Source: an uncultured Planctomycetia bacterium
Lineage (GTDB): Bacteria; Omnitrophota; Gorgyraeia; Gorgyraeales; Gorgyraeaceae
Assembly (NCBI GenBank): GCA_964566255.1
Contig: CAZMID010000001.1
Coordinates: forward strand, 83,152-147,151
Direction: 5' to 3'
Length of the DNA: 64,000 nucleotides
A program made the translations under genes and the position numbers. The notes beneath the pieces were generated by a model, which ran no database searches, was not told where the DNA came from, and was given only the letters and a program-made list of their open reading frames with translations. This document shows, piece after piece, positions 1-10,000 of this stretch (position 1 is the first letter of the stretch; each line of letters starts with the position of its first letter).

Positions 1-895
1 AGAGAACTGTTCTGGCCTTAGGATATATATTTTGATTTTTTAAGCGCTTATTAATTTCTTCAATAAGATTATTAACAATCTTGGCGGTCAATTGTGCTGA
101 TTCTGTTTCAACTGTAGGTTCGACCTTCCATGGCTTTTCACCATTTGAACCTGGATCAGAATCAGTTATATCGCTAGACAAGTCTTTACCTTTCAACACC
201 ACTGCCAGACGATGTTCCTTTGATGAATGGACTTCAACATTTACGCCATCTATTGTGATATCAGAAAGGCACTTTTTCACAAGCTTATTATTAATATCCG
301 TAGGAACACGTCCAGCTCTACGATCTGTAACAACATTTTCTTTATTAATGGTTGCAAAGTTACCTCTTACAATTATATCACCAGCTTCTAACTCAACGCC
401 TGATCCCAATGCCTCAAGAATTCCACGACCTGGTGTAAATCTATCCTGATTAGAGCCAAACATAGAAAAATGACCTGCACCACTACCTGGAACCACTCCA
501 CTAGAAATCACAGTCGCACTACCAAGAGCAGCCCCTTTGTTTATTAAATTATCTAAATTAGGATGATTAGCTATCTCGAGTTCTGTGCCACCATGCTCTT
601 CCACATGAACCCCTGAAACACCATCTATCACTAAAAATATAATCTTAGAAGGAGTTCTCTTAGAAGTTCGACTCATTCTATATAATTGAATATCCTCTGG
701 TGTTATAATAACAGGTATTGGTAATTGTGAATCACTTTTAGCCATCGCTTTTTCTGTGTCTTCTAGTCTATATTTATCTATCATAGGAACTCGAAGATGA
801 AAAACGTCAGATGTATAAGCATTGGTAGGCAGAAAAATTGCTAGGATAAGTAAACTAATTAATCTAATTATCAATGGTTTTTTAACTTTCAACAT
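1..895 (-). CDS. ApgM-family metalloenzyme (cofactor-independent phosphoglycerate mutase, archaeal type); C-terminus lies beyond the window edge
   Basis: Minus-strand frame is open from 895 to the window edge (my own translation; not in the ORF track). Motifs match ApgM: IIFLVIDGVSG (metal/Ser site), TPNLDNL, GSGAGHFSMFG, GRGILEALGSG, VRGNFAT. There is an unusual ~65-aa N-terminal extension with a hydrophobic signal-like segment; an alternative ATG at 676 (MSRTSKRTPSKIIFLVIDG) gives a canonical ApgM N-terminus. Confidence 0.6.
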   Translation of the reverse strand, partial: MLKVKKPLIIRLISLLILAIFLPTNAYTSDVFHLRVPMIDKYRLEDTEKAMAKSDSQLPIPVIITPEDIQLYRMSRTSKRTPSKIIFLVIDGVSGVHVEEHGGTELEIANHPNLDNLINKGAALGSATVISSGVVPGSGAGHFSMFGSNQDRFTPGRGILEALGSGVELEAGDIIVRGNFATINKENVVTDRRAGRVPTDINNKLVKKCLSDITIDGVNVEVHSSKEHRLAVVLKGKDLSSDITDSDPGSNGEKPWKVEPTVETESAQLTAKIVNNLIEEINKRLKNQNIYPKARTVL

Positions 896-965
896 AATGT
901 AGATAAAAAATAACCCCTGTCATTAGGATTTAGTTGATATTTTTTTAACACTTATTTATGAAAAG

Positions 966-995
966 ATTATAACACATTTATAGGTACACTGTAAA
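966..995 (-). promoter_or_regulatory. Candidate sigma70-like promoter for the ApgM-family gene (TTTACA-N18-TATAAT on the minus strand)
   Basis: Reverse complement of 990-995 is TTTACA and of 966-971 is TATAAT, with 18-nt spacing, in the 117-bp gap upstream of the 895 start. Confidence 0.3.
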
Positions 996-1014
996 GCACT
1001 TTTATCTATTGATT

Positions 1015-2100
1015 TTACATGCCAAATGAAGTACCGACAGCGATGGCAGATTTGATAATAGGGTCTTTTGGTGAAACATGCCTAATAGCCTTGACTGCAT
1101 CCTTTAAATCTACTGCTTTTATTTCCCTACCTTTTAAGGCAGCCATTTTACCAAATTCATTCCTTACTACTAAATCACAGGCAAATGTGCCTAAACGAGT
1201 TGCAAGTAACCTATCAAATGGAGATGGATTTCCACCCCTTTGAAGATGACCTAAAACAGTTACCCTTGTCTCAAGACCAGTACATTGTTCAATATCATTT
1301 GCTATTTTATTTCCTATGCCTCCTAAGCGAATAGGATCGGTAGAATCTTTGACTACTCTTTTTACAATCATTTTGCCACCTTTTGGCTTTGCACCTTCTG
1401 ATATTACTACAATACTGAATCTTTTGCCTTTTTTGTTTCTTTCTCTAACCCTCTGACAGACCTTTTTAATATCATACGGGATTTCAGGGATTATAATTAT
1501 ATCTCCACCACCTGCTATACCTGAATAAAGAGCAAGCCAGCCTGCATATCTACCCATTACCTCTATTACCATTACCCTATGGTGAGATTGAGCAGTAGTA
1601 TGAAGTTTATCTATAGCCTCTGTAGCGGTCAGTACTGCAGAATCAAAACCAATGGTCACATCAGTAGCCATCAAATCATTATCTATGGTCTTTGGAACTC
1701 CAACTAGATTCAAACCTTTTTTATATAATTTATAAGCGATATTAAGACTACCATCCCCTCCTATACACACAAGGCCGTCTAACTCCATCATATCAATATT
1801 TTTTAAGACAGTACTAGATACATCTCTGAATTTACCAGAAGGTGAAGGATGCCTAAAAGGATTTGCCTTATTTGATGAACCTAAAAGAGTGCCTCCTTCT
1901 GTCAGGATACCTGAGACATCTCTATAAGATAAGTCGATATATCTATTTTCTATAAGACCGAGATATCCATCCTTTATACCTATAACATCCATGTCATAAT
2001 TAAGGATGGCTGTTTTGGCAACACCTCTTATGGCGGCATTAAGTCCTGGACAATCCCCTCCTCCTGTAAAAACGCCTATCCTTTTTTTATTTTCTGGCAT
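1015..2100 (-). CDS. pfkA: 6-phosphofructokinase
   Basis: GGDGS and MGR motifs; PKTIDND motif with Lys at the position that is Gly in ATP-PFKs (mixed ATP/PPi signature); 361 aa. Confidence 0.85.
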   Translation of the reverse strand: MPENKKRIGVFTGGGDCPGLNAAIRGVAKTAILNYDMDVIGIKDGYLGLIENRYIDLSYRDVSGILTEGGTLLGSSNKANPFRHPSPSGKFRDVSSTVLKNIDMMELDGLVCIGGDGSLNIAYKLYKKGLNLVGVPKTIDNDLMATDVTIGFDSAVLTATEAIDKLHTTAQSHHRVMVIEVMGRYAGWLALYSGIAGGGDIIIIPEIPYDIKKVCQRVRERNKKGKRFSIVVISEGAKPKGGKMIVKRVVKDSTDPIRLGGIGNKIANDIEQCTGLETRVTVLGHLQRGGNPSPFDRLLATRLGTFACDLVVRNEFGKMAALKGREIKAVDLKDAVKAIRHVSPKDPIIKSAIAVGTSFGM

Positions 2101-2183
2101 GACGTTTTCCTTTTCTCTTCTTTTTTTGCTTTGCTCTACGAGTTCTGCGTGTCATTTATGCCTCCTTTGTTCAATTTCAGTTA

Positions 2184-2996
2184 TTATAAAATCTCTAATT
2201 GCGAAGGATGATTAACTATTATCTCTGAGGAACCCTTATACTTTTTTATTATACCATATACCTTGATAGTCTTGTACTTAAAATAAGTATCTGGTGACCG
2301 TGAAACCGTCTTCGGAAAATACCTTAAATTATTCTTAAATATAGCAACTTTAAAATTATTCTTACAGTTTAATATCAATACCTTATCCGAAAGATACGTA
2401 TTAGTAACATTAGCCTCTACCATCTTTATAAAACCGATGTTTTCCTTGGCTTTAGAACTAGATATTATTCCCTTTTCTAAATCACGCCATAATCCCTCTT
2501 TATTTTCTCTTGCAAAACGCTGGGCTTTCAAAAATTCCTCTACATATTTTACATTCGGAGGAAAGGTATATATCATTGCATAACCCTTTTTAATCATTTC
2601 AAGATTAATCATCTTATCTTCAACATATACATATGCTAGAAGACGGTTATATTTATCTTTTTTTTGGACATCAAACTCTAGTCTTATTTTCTTTCCTCCT
2701 ACAAGCTTCCTATTGAATTCCATTGCCTCTTTCCCATAAGGCCTTGGATTGTAACTCCATGTAGATCCAATCTTATCATGTACCTCAGGAGTGTCTATAC
2801 CTATATACCTTAGCATTTGTCCATTTGAAAGCTCTACAGTATCTCCGTCTATTACCCGTAAAACATATAGCTCCTTTTTGAAATCCCTCGTTACTGCTGA
2901 TGGTGCTTGCAAAAATCTTGATATTGAAAATAAAATAGCTATAGAGGCTATTATTAAAACTGATATGGTTTTATTTTTAATTAATTTTCGTTTCAT
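2184..2996 (-). CDS. Secreted thermonuclease (staphylococcal nuclease/SNase family) with a C-terminal extension
   Basis: N-terminal TM/signal segment; SNase motifs VIDGDT, YIGIDTPE and NRLLAYVY; about 110 extra C-terminal residues. Confidence 0.75.
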   Translation of the reverse strand: MKRKLIKNKTISVLIIASIAILFSISRFLQAPSAVTRDFKKELYVLRVIDGDTVELSNGQMLRYIGIDTPEVHDKIGSTWSYNPRPYGKEAMEFNRKLVGGKKIRLEFDVQKKDKYNRLLAYVYVEDKMINLEMIKKGYAMIYTFPPNVKYVEEFLKAQRFARENKEGLWRDLEKGIISSSKAKENIGFIKMVEANVTNTYLSDKVLILNCKNNFKVAIFKNNLRYFPKTVSRSPDTYFKYKTIKVYGIIKKYKGSSEIIVNHPSQLEIL

Positions 2997-4948
2997 TTTA
3001 ACATCAGAGGGTTATAATTATACTTTGCAAATATTGTATAAGTAGTACCGGCCGTAGAACCGGTCCTAGAACCTCCTGTCACCCTCCATCCGTGACCAGT
3101 ATCTACATCATCCTGACTGGCATAAGGCAAACACCCCTCACCCTGCCCAAGTCTAGAAGGGCTTGAGATTACCATTTTTTCTAACTCAGATAGATAAAAA
3201 TTTCTCTTTCTTTTATAAAAATTTGCTTTTTGAAAATCGTCTTTATTTTTATGATAATCCACCATAATTTCAAATGCAACTACCATTTGAGCAGTCCATT
3301 CTGTAGATATAATCCCCCCTCGCGCCAAATGAGCATGTTTTCCAAAATCAAAACCAGTAATCTTGAGGTGTTTGCCGTCGGGCCGCATATAGTCAACTGT
3401 AACAAGGCAGTTTTCTTCTGCAAAGTTTATAATCTCATCAGGATCCATACCTGACTTATTTAAAACTTCAGGTCCAAGTGCTGCAATGGCCCAGGCAAAT
3501 GTATCTGTAGCAATAGTAGCATCGCCCTTGCCCCTATTTATCCTTCCGCCACTATTACTAAAGGCGTATTTTTTTAGCCACTTGAGTGTCTTTCCTTGGG
3601 CATCTGAATATTTTGCTTCTTTTGTGATTTTATAAAACATGTCGAAAAACGCAAATGCATCCAAATTATGCTCTGTACTAAACCAATCAACTCCAGGACC
3701 TCCTTTTATCCCAAAATCCCTATCTTTTCCCTGCAATAAAATAAGCCAATTACCTATATCCTCTGCAATACTTAGATATTGCCTGTCCTTAAACTTATTA
3801 GTATATTGAAGCACTGCTATCCCAAGCCATATGTTAGGGCCTGCGTGAACATTGTATTCTAAAACACTGCCAGTATGGGCATCGTAAGCATTCGTAAACC
3901 CTCCATCTATCTTCTTGGCCCTTTTTTTATAAAAATTAAATATCTCCTGGGCATTATTTCTATCTCCCATCAAAGTAAAACATTGGCTCGCAAGAGATTG
4001 ATCATAGGTAAAACTCCAATCTTCGAGTTCCTTATCACCCTCATAACTTACCACTAAACCAGAATGTCTATTCTGGTGATTCTTTATCCATTTATACATA
4101 CTAGAGATACCCCTTTCCTCTACCTCTTCAAAAGAAGGTAAGAGCTCTTTTAATTTATCTTCTACTGAAGTTGTATCTTTTGACAGTTCAGATATTCTAT
4201 CCTTTAAATATTCAGTCTCTTCTGATAAACTAACCACCTCTTCAGAAAGCCTTACCTTTTCAGAAAGCGCATCTTTAAGCTTATCCTCTTTTAAATCAAT
4301 AATCAGTATCTCCAATTCATCAAGCCTCTTTTTGTATTCTCCGATCTTTTTTTCTTTTTCCAAAAGCGTTTTTTCTTTTCCCCTGCGCTCGGCATAAAAT
4401 CTAAAAATATCATTTTCAAGTTCGGATTTTATACCTGAAAGATCAACTAACTCCCTAATCAATAATCTATTTTCCCTTCTCAATTTAAAATCTACTGAAG
4501 AAAAATACACAATCCCTAAGGCCAAAAATAAAACTAAAACTGCGATAAATTTAGGTGCTAAAGAAATCCTCCTTGCATAAAAATAAATCCTTATTTGGTC
4601 TCTTGGATCTATCTGTAAGAATGAAAGCCCAATAAGATATTTATTTGGATGGCCTTCTATCTTTTCATACCAAACAATATTAGCTACGGCCTTTGTTTCT
4701 TTGCGGTCTAATGGAATATGTATACAAAGGTTTAATCTGGTCTTTCCCTGCTTCAAACTCTCTTCAAAAGTAGCATCTACATCGTTAAGCTCTAAACAGA
4801 TCCCACCCTTAGCAACATTCCTTGTAAAACCCTGCTTCATATTACCAAGAGGTACGCCTGTTACATCATCTAAAAACTGAAACTCTACAGGAAATGCTAC
4901 GTTTAGTCTTATATAGTTTCTACGCTCAATTTCTTGAAGTTGCAACAT
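2993..4948 (-). CDS. PilZ-domain (c-di-GMP-binding) membrane protein with a coiled-coil and a large C-terminal globular domain (possibly six-hairpin glycosidase-like)
   Basis: N-terminal RRNYIRLNV ... NVAKGGICLE matches the PilZ RxxxR / (D/N)xSxxG motifs; a TM helix (FIAVLVLFLALGIVYF); a Glu/Lys-rich coiled-coil; an aromatic-rich ~330-aa C-terminal domain of uncertain family. Confidence 0.55.
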   Translation of the reverse strand: MLQLQEIERRNYIRLNVAFPVEFQFLDDVTGVPLGNMKQGFTRNVAKGGICLELNDVDATFEESLKQGKTRLNLCIHIPLDRKETKAVANIVWYEKIEGHPNKYLIGLSFLQIDPRDQIRIYFYARRISLAPKFIAVLVLFLALGIVYFSSVDFKLRRENRLLIRELVDLSGIKSELENDIFRFYAERRGKEKTLLEKEKKIGEYKKRLDELEILIIDLKEDKLKDALSEKVRLSEEVVSLSEETEYLKDRISELSKDTTSVEDKLKELLPSFEEVEERGISSMYKWIKNHQNRHSGLVVSYEGDKELEDWSFTYDQSLASQCFTLMGDRNNAQEIFNFYKKRAKKIDGGFTNAYDAHTGSVLEYNVHAGPNIWLGIAVLQYTNKFKDRQYLSIAEDIGNWLILLQGKDRDFGIKGGPGVDWFSTEHNLDAFAFFDMFYKITKEAKYSDAQGKTLKWLKKYAFSNSGGRINRGKGDATIATDTFAWAIAALGPEVLNKSGMDPDEIINFAEENCLVTVDYMRPDGKHLKITGFDFGKHAHLARGGIISTEWTAQMVVAFEIMVDYHKNKDDFQKANFYKRKRNFYLSELEKMVISSPSRLGQGEGCLPYASQDDVDTGHGWRVTGGSRTGSTAGTTYTIFAKYNYNPLMLK

Positions 4949-5014
4949 AACACTCTCCCTTTATCTTTAGGTCTATCATAGTATATCACAAAACCTTTCT
5001 GCTTCAAGGGGGAC

Positions 5015-5043
5015 TTGACAAAGATAGTTTTGTATGCTAATAT
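5015..5043 (+). promoter_or_regulatory. Sigma70-type promoter TTGACA-N17-TAATAT for the marR-OMP-RND operon
   Basis: TTGACA at 5015-5020, a 17-nt spacer, TAATAT at 5038-5043, about 70 nt upstream of the marR ATG. Confidence 0.6.
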
Positions 5044-5056
5044 TTAGTTAAACTAA
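5044..5056 (+). promoter_or_regulatory. Palindromic candidate MarR operator (TTAGTT-a-AACTAA) overlapping the predicted transcription start
   Basis: Perfect 6-bp inverted repeat immediately downstream of the -10 element; a CTAACT direct repeat follows at 5052-5077. Confidence 0.4.
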
Positions 5057-5083
5057 CTATTAGGCTGGCTAACTAATATAAAA

Positions 5084-5102
5084 GGTAGGTTTTTGACCTA
5101 CC
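5084..5102 (+). other. 5'-UTR stem-loop (GGTAGGT-ttttg-ACCTACC) abutting the Shine-Dalgarno AAGGGAGG of marR
   Basis: Perfect 7-bp stem with a 5-nt loop ending 2 nt before the SD sequence. Confidence 0.4.
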
Positions 5103-5114
5103 AAGGGAGGCCTC

Positions 5115-5558
5115 ATGGCCACCATAGACCAAATAACCCATGAAATCTCTATTATGATCCCCAAGCTCATGAAGGGTGCAAAGAGTGACTTTCTTTCAAA
5201 AAGTAATATTACCAATGCCCAGATGATAATGCTTGCCTCAATACATGACTATAACGAATGTAATATTAAAACTCTAGCTAGACAACGGGGTATCTCCCCT
5301 CCTACTGCTACAGGCCTGGTAGATAGGCTCGTAAGGACTGGATATGTAAAAAGATCTACTATCCCGGAAGATAGACGCGTCGTAATAGTATCTCTTACAA
5401 AAAAAGGTGAAAATATAGTCCAGAGTTTTTTGGTTACAGTAAAGAATAGGTGGAAAAATATCCTTACAGAACTTACACCTGAAGAACAAGAGGAATATCT
5501 CAATATACTAAAAAAGATTGTAGCTATCTTGTCAGAAAAAGAAGGTCAATTTAAATGA
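5115..5558 (+). CDS. MarR-family transcriptional regulator
   Basis: Winged-helix region TLARQRGISPPTATGLVDRLVRTGYVKRSTIPEDRRVV is typical of MarR; 147 aa; first gene of the efflux operon. Confidence 0.8.
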   Translation: MATIDQITHEISIMIPKLMKGAKSDFLSKSNITNAQMIMLASIHDYNECNIKTLARQRGISPPTATGLVDRLVRTGYVKRSTIPEDRRVVIVSLTKKGENIVQSFLVTVKNRWKNILTELTPEEQEEYLNILKKIVAILSEKEGQFK

Positions 5559-7021
5559 AGCTCTTATTAAGTATATTTATAATAATAAATATTATATTCA
5601 CACCTTATAAAGAGGTCTTTTCTCAAGAGACAGGACAGGCAAAAACTCTATTTCTATCAGTCGACGGTGTCAGGTTAATTGCCATAAATAATAATCTGGA
5701 TGTAAAGCTCGCACAAATCGATTCAAAGATAAAAGGAACTGAACTTAGCTATAAAGAAGCAGTATTTGATGCACTTTTAAAGGCTGAAATAAATTACACA
5801 AGAGATGAAACTAAAAGTGTTTCTTCTCTAGCTGGCTCAAAAACTCTTACAAATAACTATGATATAAGTATTGATAAAAAGTTAAGAACTGGAACTGATG
5901 TAAGCGTAGATTTTACCAATAAAAGAGAATGGTCAGATTCAGCCTATGTATCAACCAACCCTTATCATGACTCCCAGATAGAAATAAATGTCACCCAACC
6001 TATAGCCAAGAATTTCTTTGGGTTGATTGATCGTGGAAATATAGAAATAATCAAATGGGAAATAAAAAATACTGAATTAGATTCTTATATAAAAATCGAG
6101 GATGCTATTATCCTCGCTGAAAGGTCTTATTGGAAACTAGTATTGGCACAAGAAGATTTTAAGATAAAAAAAGATATGTTGAAAAAATCAATCCGTCTAT
6201 TCAACCAACACCGCAGAAAATTAAAGATAGGTTTGGTTGAAACCGGTGAAGCCTTAGCAGCTGAGGCAAATATGCACCTAAGAGAAAGTGAACTCCTATT
6301 AGCTTCAAATGAGGTATCTTCAACTGAAGAACTCTTAAGGCTTAGACTTAATCTCGATAATAAAACCAGACTATTTCCTACTGATCCCCTCTCGGTTGCA
6401 GATCTTAATACCAACTTCATAGAAAGTTTAAATATTGCTTTCAAAAATAGACGTGATTATACTTCTAAAAAGAATGATATAGAATCAAAAAATATAAACC
6501 TGGAAATGAAAACTAACTCCCTCTTTCCCGAGATAGATCTAACAGCTACCTTTTCATCGAATGGCATAGATTCCACTTATCATGGAGCTATTGAAGATAT
6601 ATTTACAGATTCAAATCCTGAGTATTCTATAGGAATAGAATTTTCATTCCCACTTGAAAACAATGAAGCCGAAAGCGAACGCGAAAAAGCAAGATTACAA
6701 AAGAAAAAAGCAATTATAAATCTACAAAAGACCGAAAGACAAATCGTTTCAGATGTCGACGAGAAATTCAGAAAAATGTCTATTGATAAGACTAATTTAA
6801 AGAAGATGGAACGCATAGAAAACCTCCAAAAAGGAAAACTTAACCAGGAAGAAAAAAGATTTAAATATGGGAGGTCTAATTCTGATACCTTAATACGATA
6901 CCAAGAAGATCTATTAAACGCACAGCTTATGAAACAAAAGGCCTACTTTGATTACAAGGTTTCTATTTTAGACCTAATGGGTGCAGAAGATACATTTTTA
7001 AAATACACGGGATTAGAATAG
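5555..7021 (+). CDS. Outer-membrane efflux protein (TolC/OprM family)
   Basis: Signal peptide; 488 aa; alpha-helical coiled-coil repeat composition typical of OEP; 4-nt overlap with marR upstream; RND gene follows 14 nt downstream. Confidence 0.7.
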   Translation: MKLLLSIFIIINIIFTPYKEVFSQETGQAKTLFLSVDGVRLIAINNNLDVKLAQIDSKIKGTELSYKEAVFDALLKAEINYTRDETKSVSSLAGSKTLTNNYDISIDKKLRTGTDVSVDFTNKREWSDSAYVSTNPYHDSQIEINVTQPIAKNFFGLIDRGNIEIIKWEIKNTELDSYIKIEDAIILAERSYWKLVLAQEDFKIKKDMLKKSIRLFNQHRRKLKIGLVETGEALAAEANMHLRESELLLASNEVSSTEELLRLRLNLDNKTRLFPTDPLSVADLNTNFIESLNIAFKNRRDYTSKKNDIESKNINLEMKTNSLFPEIDLTATFSSNGIDSTYHGAIEDIFTDSNPEYSIGIEFSFPLENNEAESEREKARLQKKKAIINLQKTERQIVSDVDEKFRKMSIDKTNLKKMERIENLQKGKLNQEEKRFKYGRSNSDTLIRYQEDLLNAQLMKQKAYFDYKVSILDLMGAEDTFLKYTGLE

Positions 7022-7034
7022 TTAAGGAGTTGGT

Positions 7035-10000
7035 ATGAGTTTACCGCGATTTAGCGTCAATCAATCACTTTTTGTTAATCTGATTTCAGTTATCATCATC
7101 ATAATCGGATTAATAGTTGTATTTGGCATGAATAGGGAAATCTTTCCAAATGTTGATTTTGATGTAGTAAGCGTCAGCACTATTTATCCAGGCGCAACCC
7201 CATTAGATGTTGAAAAACTCATTACTGTACCTATAGAAAAAGAGCTCAAAGAGGTGGATGGTATAAAAGAAATACGCTCCTCTTCTTCTCAGGGGGCATC
7301 TTTTATAACTATTGAACTTGATCCAGATGAAAAAGATAAGAAAAAAATAATAAATGACATAAAAAGCGCTGTAGATAGAGTAAAAGATCTTCCTAGGGAT
7401 ATAAATGAAGATCCTATAGTTATAGAAATCTCTACCAAACAATATCCTGTAATAGAAGTCTCTCTTTCGGGAGATATGACTGAGGCAAAGTTACAAGCCT
7501 ATGCAGATGCATTAGAAGATCAGCTTGAAGATGCATATGGCGTTGCAAAAATAGAAAAATCTGGCTACAGGGATAGAGAAATCCAGGTTCATGTCGACCC
7601 TAAAAAGATGCGAGATAAATATGTATCATTCGATGAAATCGAAGAAGCACTTTCTTCTAGAAATGTCAGCATACCTGCAGGTGAAATAAATACTAAAAAC
7701 ACTGAATATAGCATTCGTACAACCGGTGAATTCTCGACGGCAAAAGAGGTAGAAAATATAATCATAAGGGCAAACGACGTAGGTAACTGGTTAAGGATTA
7801 AAGACGTTGCGGAGGTAAAAGATTCTTTTAAGAAAGAAGACATAATCTATAAAACACTTGGTACTCGTTCAATAAACTTATTGGTAAAGAAAAAAGGGTC
7901 AGGAGATGCAATAAGAATTGTAGATGAAATCAAAAAAGTCTGCGATCAATTCTTAGAAAATTGCCCTGATAAACTTGAAATTTCCTATGTAAATGACTAT
8001 TCCTTCTTTGCAAGAAGAAGGCTTAATGTACTAAAAAATAATGGGTGGGCAAGTTTAATATTAATAACTATTGCAATGCTGTTATTTTTACAACGCCGCG
8101 TTGCTTTTATGACAATTCTGGGTATCCCCATAGCATTCCTTGCTACCTTCGTAATAATGAACATGATGGGGATCACTATAAATCTTATCAGTATGTTCGG
8201 GCTCATAATAGTCTTGGGTATGCTTGTAGATGATGGGATCATAGTAGCTGAAAATTCATATCGCTATTTGGAAGAAGGTCTACCTCCCAGAAAAGCTGCT
8301 ATCAAAGGTACTGAGGAAGTAATGAGGGCGGTTACAACTGCTGTTTTTACGACAATAGCTGCATTTTCACCATTACTTTTCATGACAGGTATTATAGGTA
8401 AATTCATAAGAAATATCCCTACTGTCTTAATTATTGCTCTTTTGGCCTCCCTTGGAGAAGCCCTCATAATATTACCCAGTCATTTGACTGACTTTGTAAA
8501 AATGAAATATGACTCTCAAGGAAAACCCATGGGTCTAGTAAAAGACATGCCATGGTTTAAGGCTATTGTAAGGTTTTACGGAAAAATAGTAACTGGTGCG
8601 ATTAGAAGAAAATACAAAGTTGTTGCTGGATTTACACTAATACTTTTAGTATGCGCGTTTCTTGCATTCAATGTAATAAAATTCATACTTTTTCCACCTG
8701 CAGGGATTAATTTCTTTTTCATAAGGGCTGAGGCGCCCATAGGAACACCTCTTGAGAAGACAAATGAACTTATACTTCCTGTAGAAAAAATAGTATCCAA
8801 GATTCCCAAAGAAGATATGGATACTTTTGTAACTTCTGTAGGAGAGATTTCTGAAGATCGTCATGATCCTTTTGCAGGACAAGCAAGCCACCTTGTACAA
8901 ACAACAGTATACTTGCCACCTGAGGCGGATAGAAAAAGAAATGCCGACGATATAATAGATGATATACGAGAAGATATAGAAAAAGTAAAAGGCTTTACAG
9001 ATATAAGGTTTGATAGGGCTGAATCCGGTCCACCCGTAGGAAAAGCAGTAGAGGCTAAAATAAGAGGAGAAAATTTTGAAACACTTGATGTTATTGCAAA
9101 AGAATATATGGACTACTTAAAAACAATAGACGGAACAACTGATATAGCATGGGACCACAAGCCTGGAAAAGAAGAAATACGCATAAAAGTTGACAATGAT
9201 AAAGCTACTCTTTCTGGCCTTAATGTATCTCGAATAGCAAAGACTGTAAGAAGTGTCTTTGAAGGAAGTATTGCCACCAAGATAAAACCTGTTAAAGCCG
9301 AAGAAGAAACCGATGTTACTGTAATGTTTCCTGAGGAATCATCAGGAGATATTAATATTTTTAAGAATATACTCATACGCAATAAATTCGGCAACCTCAT
9401 ACCTCTTAAAAACGTAGCTTCTATAGAAAAAGTTCCTGGCACTACAACAATTCATCATTTAGATGGAAAACGTGTCGTAACTGCTTCAGCCAATGTAGAC
9501 ACAGATAAAATAACCTCTCTAAAAGTAAATAACTTGCTAGAAAAAAAGTTTAAGGATATTTCCCGTAAACACATGGGTTACTCTGTTAAATATGGAGGTG
9601 AACACGAAGAAAGTATGGACTCACTAATAAGTCTCCTAAAGGCTTTCTTCTATGCATTCCTTATAATATATTTAATACTCGCTTCTTCTTTTAAATCCTT
9701 GATCCAACCTCTCATTATAATGCTTGCCATTCCCTTTGGGCTTATCGGTGTAGTTATTGCCTTTCTTGTGCATGGACTTCCTTTATCTTTCATGGCTATC
9801 CTTGGAATAGTTGGTTTAAATGGAATTGTCGTAAATGATTCTATTGTACTTGTGGATTTTATAAATAAATTACGTCGTGAAGGAATAGACAGGCGCAGTT
9901 CAATAATAAAAGCCGGTCAGATGAGGTTAAGACCAGTACTTTTAACTACTATTACTACAGTAGGTGGACTATCAACTGTTGCTTATGGAATAGGCGGTAA

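Noticed and set aside
81-449. Plus-strand 122-aa ORF from the six-frame track
   Set aside because: It lies antisense to a well-supported minus-strand ApgM-family gene whose frame is open from 895 to the window edge. It has no recognisable motifs, and its composition is that of a shadow ORF.
898-2183. Search for tRNA or other small RNA genes in the few intergenic gaps (898-1014, 2101-2183, 4949-5114, 22742-22851, 50075-50205)
   Set aside because: All gaps are AT-rich promoter/UTR-like sequence with no cloverleaf-compatible stems. They are too short or too low in GC for tRNA or tmRNA.
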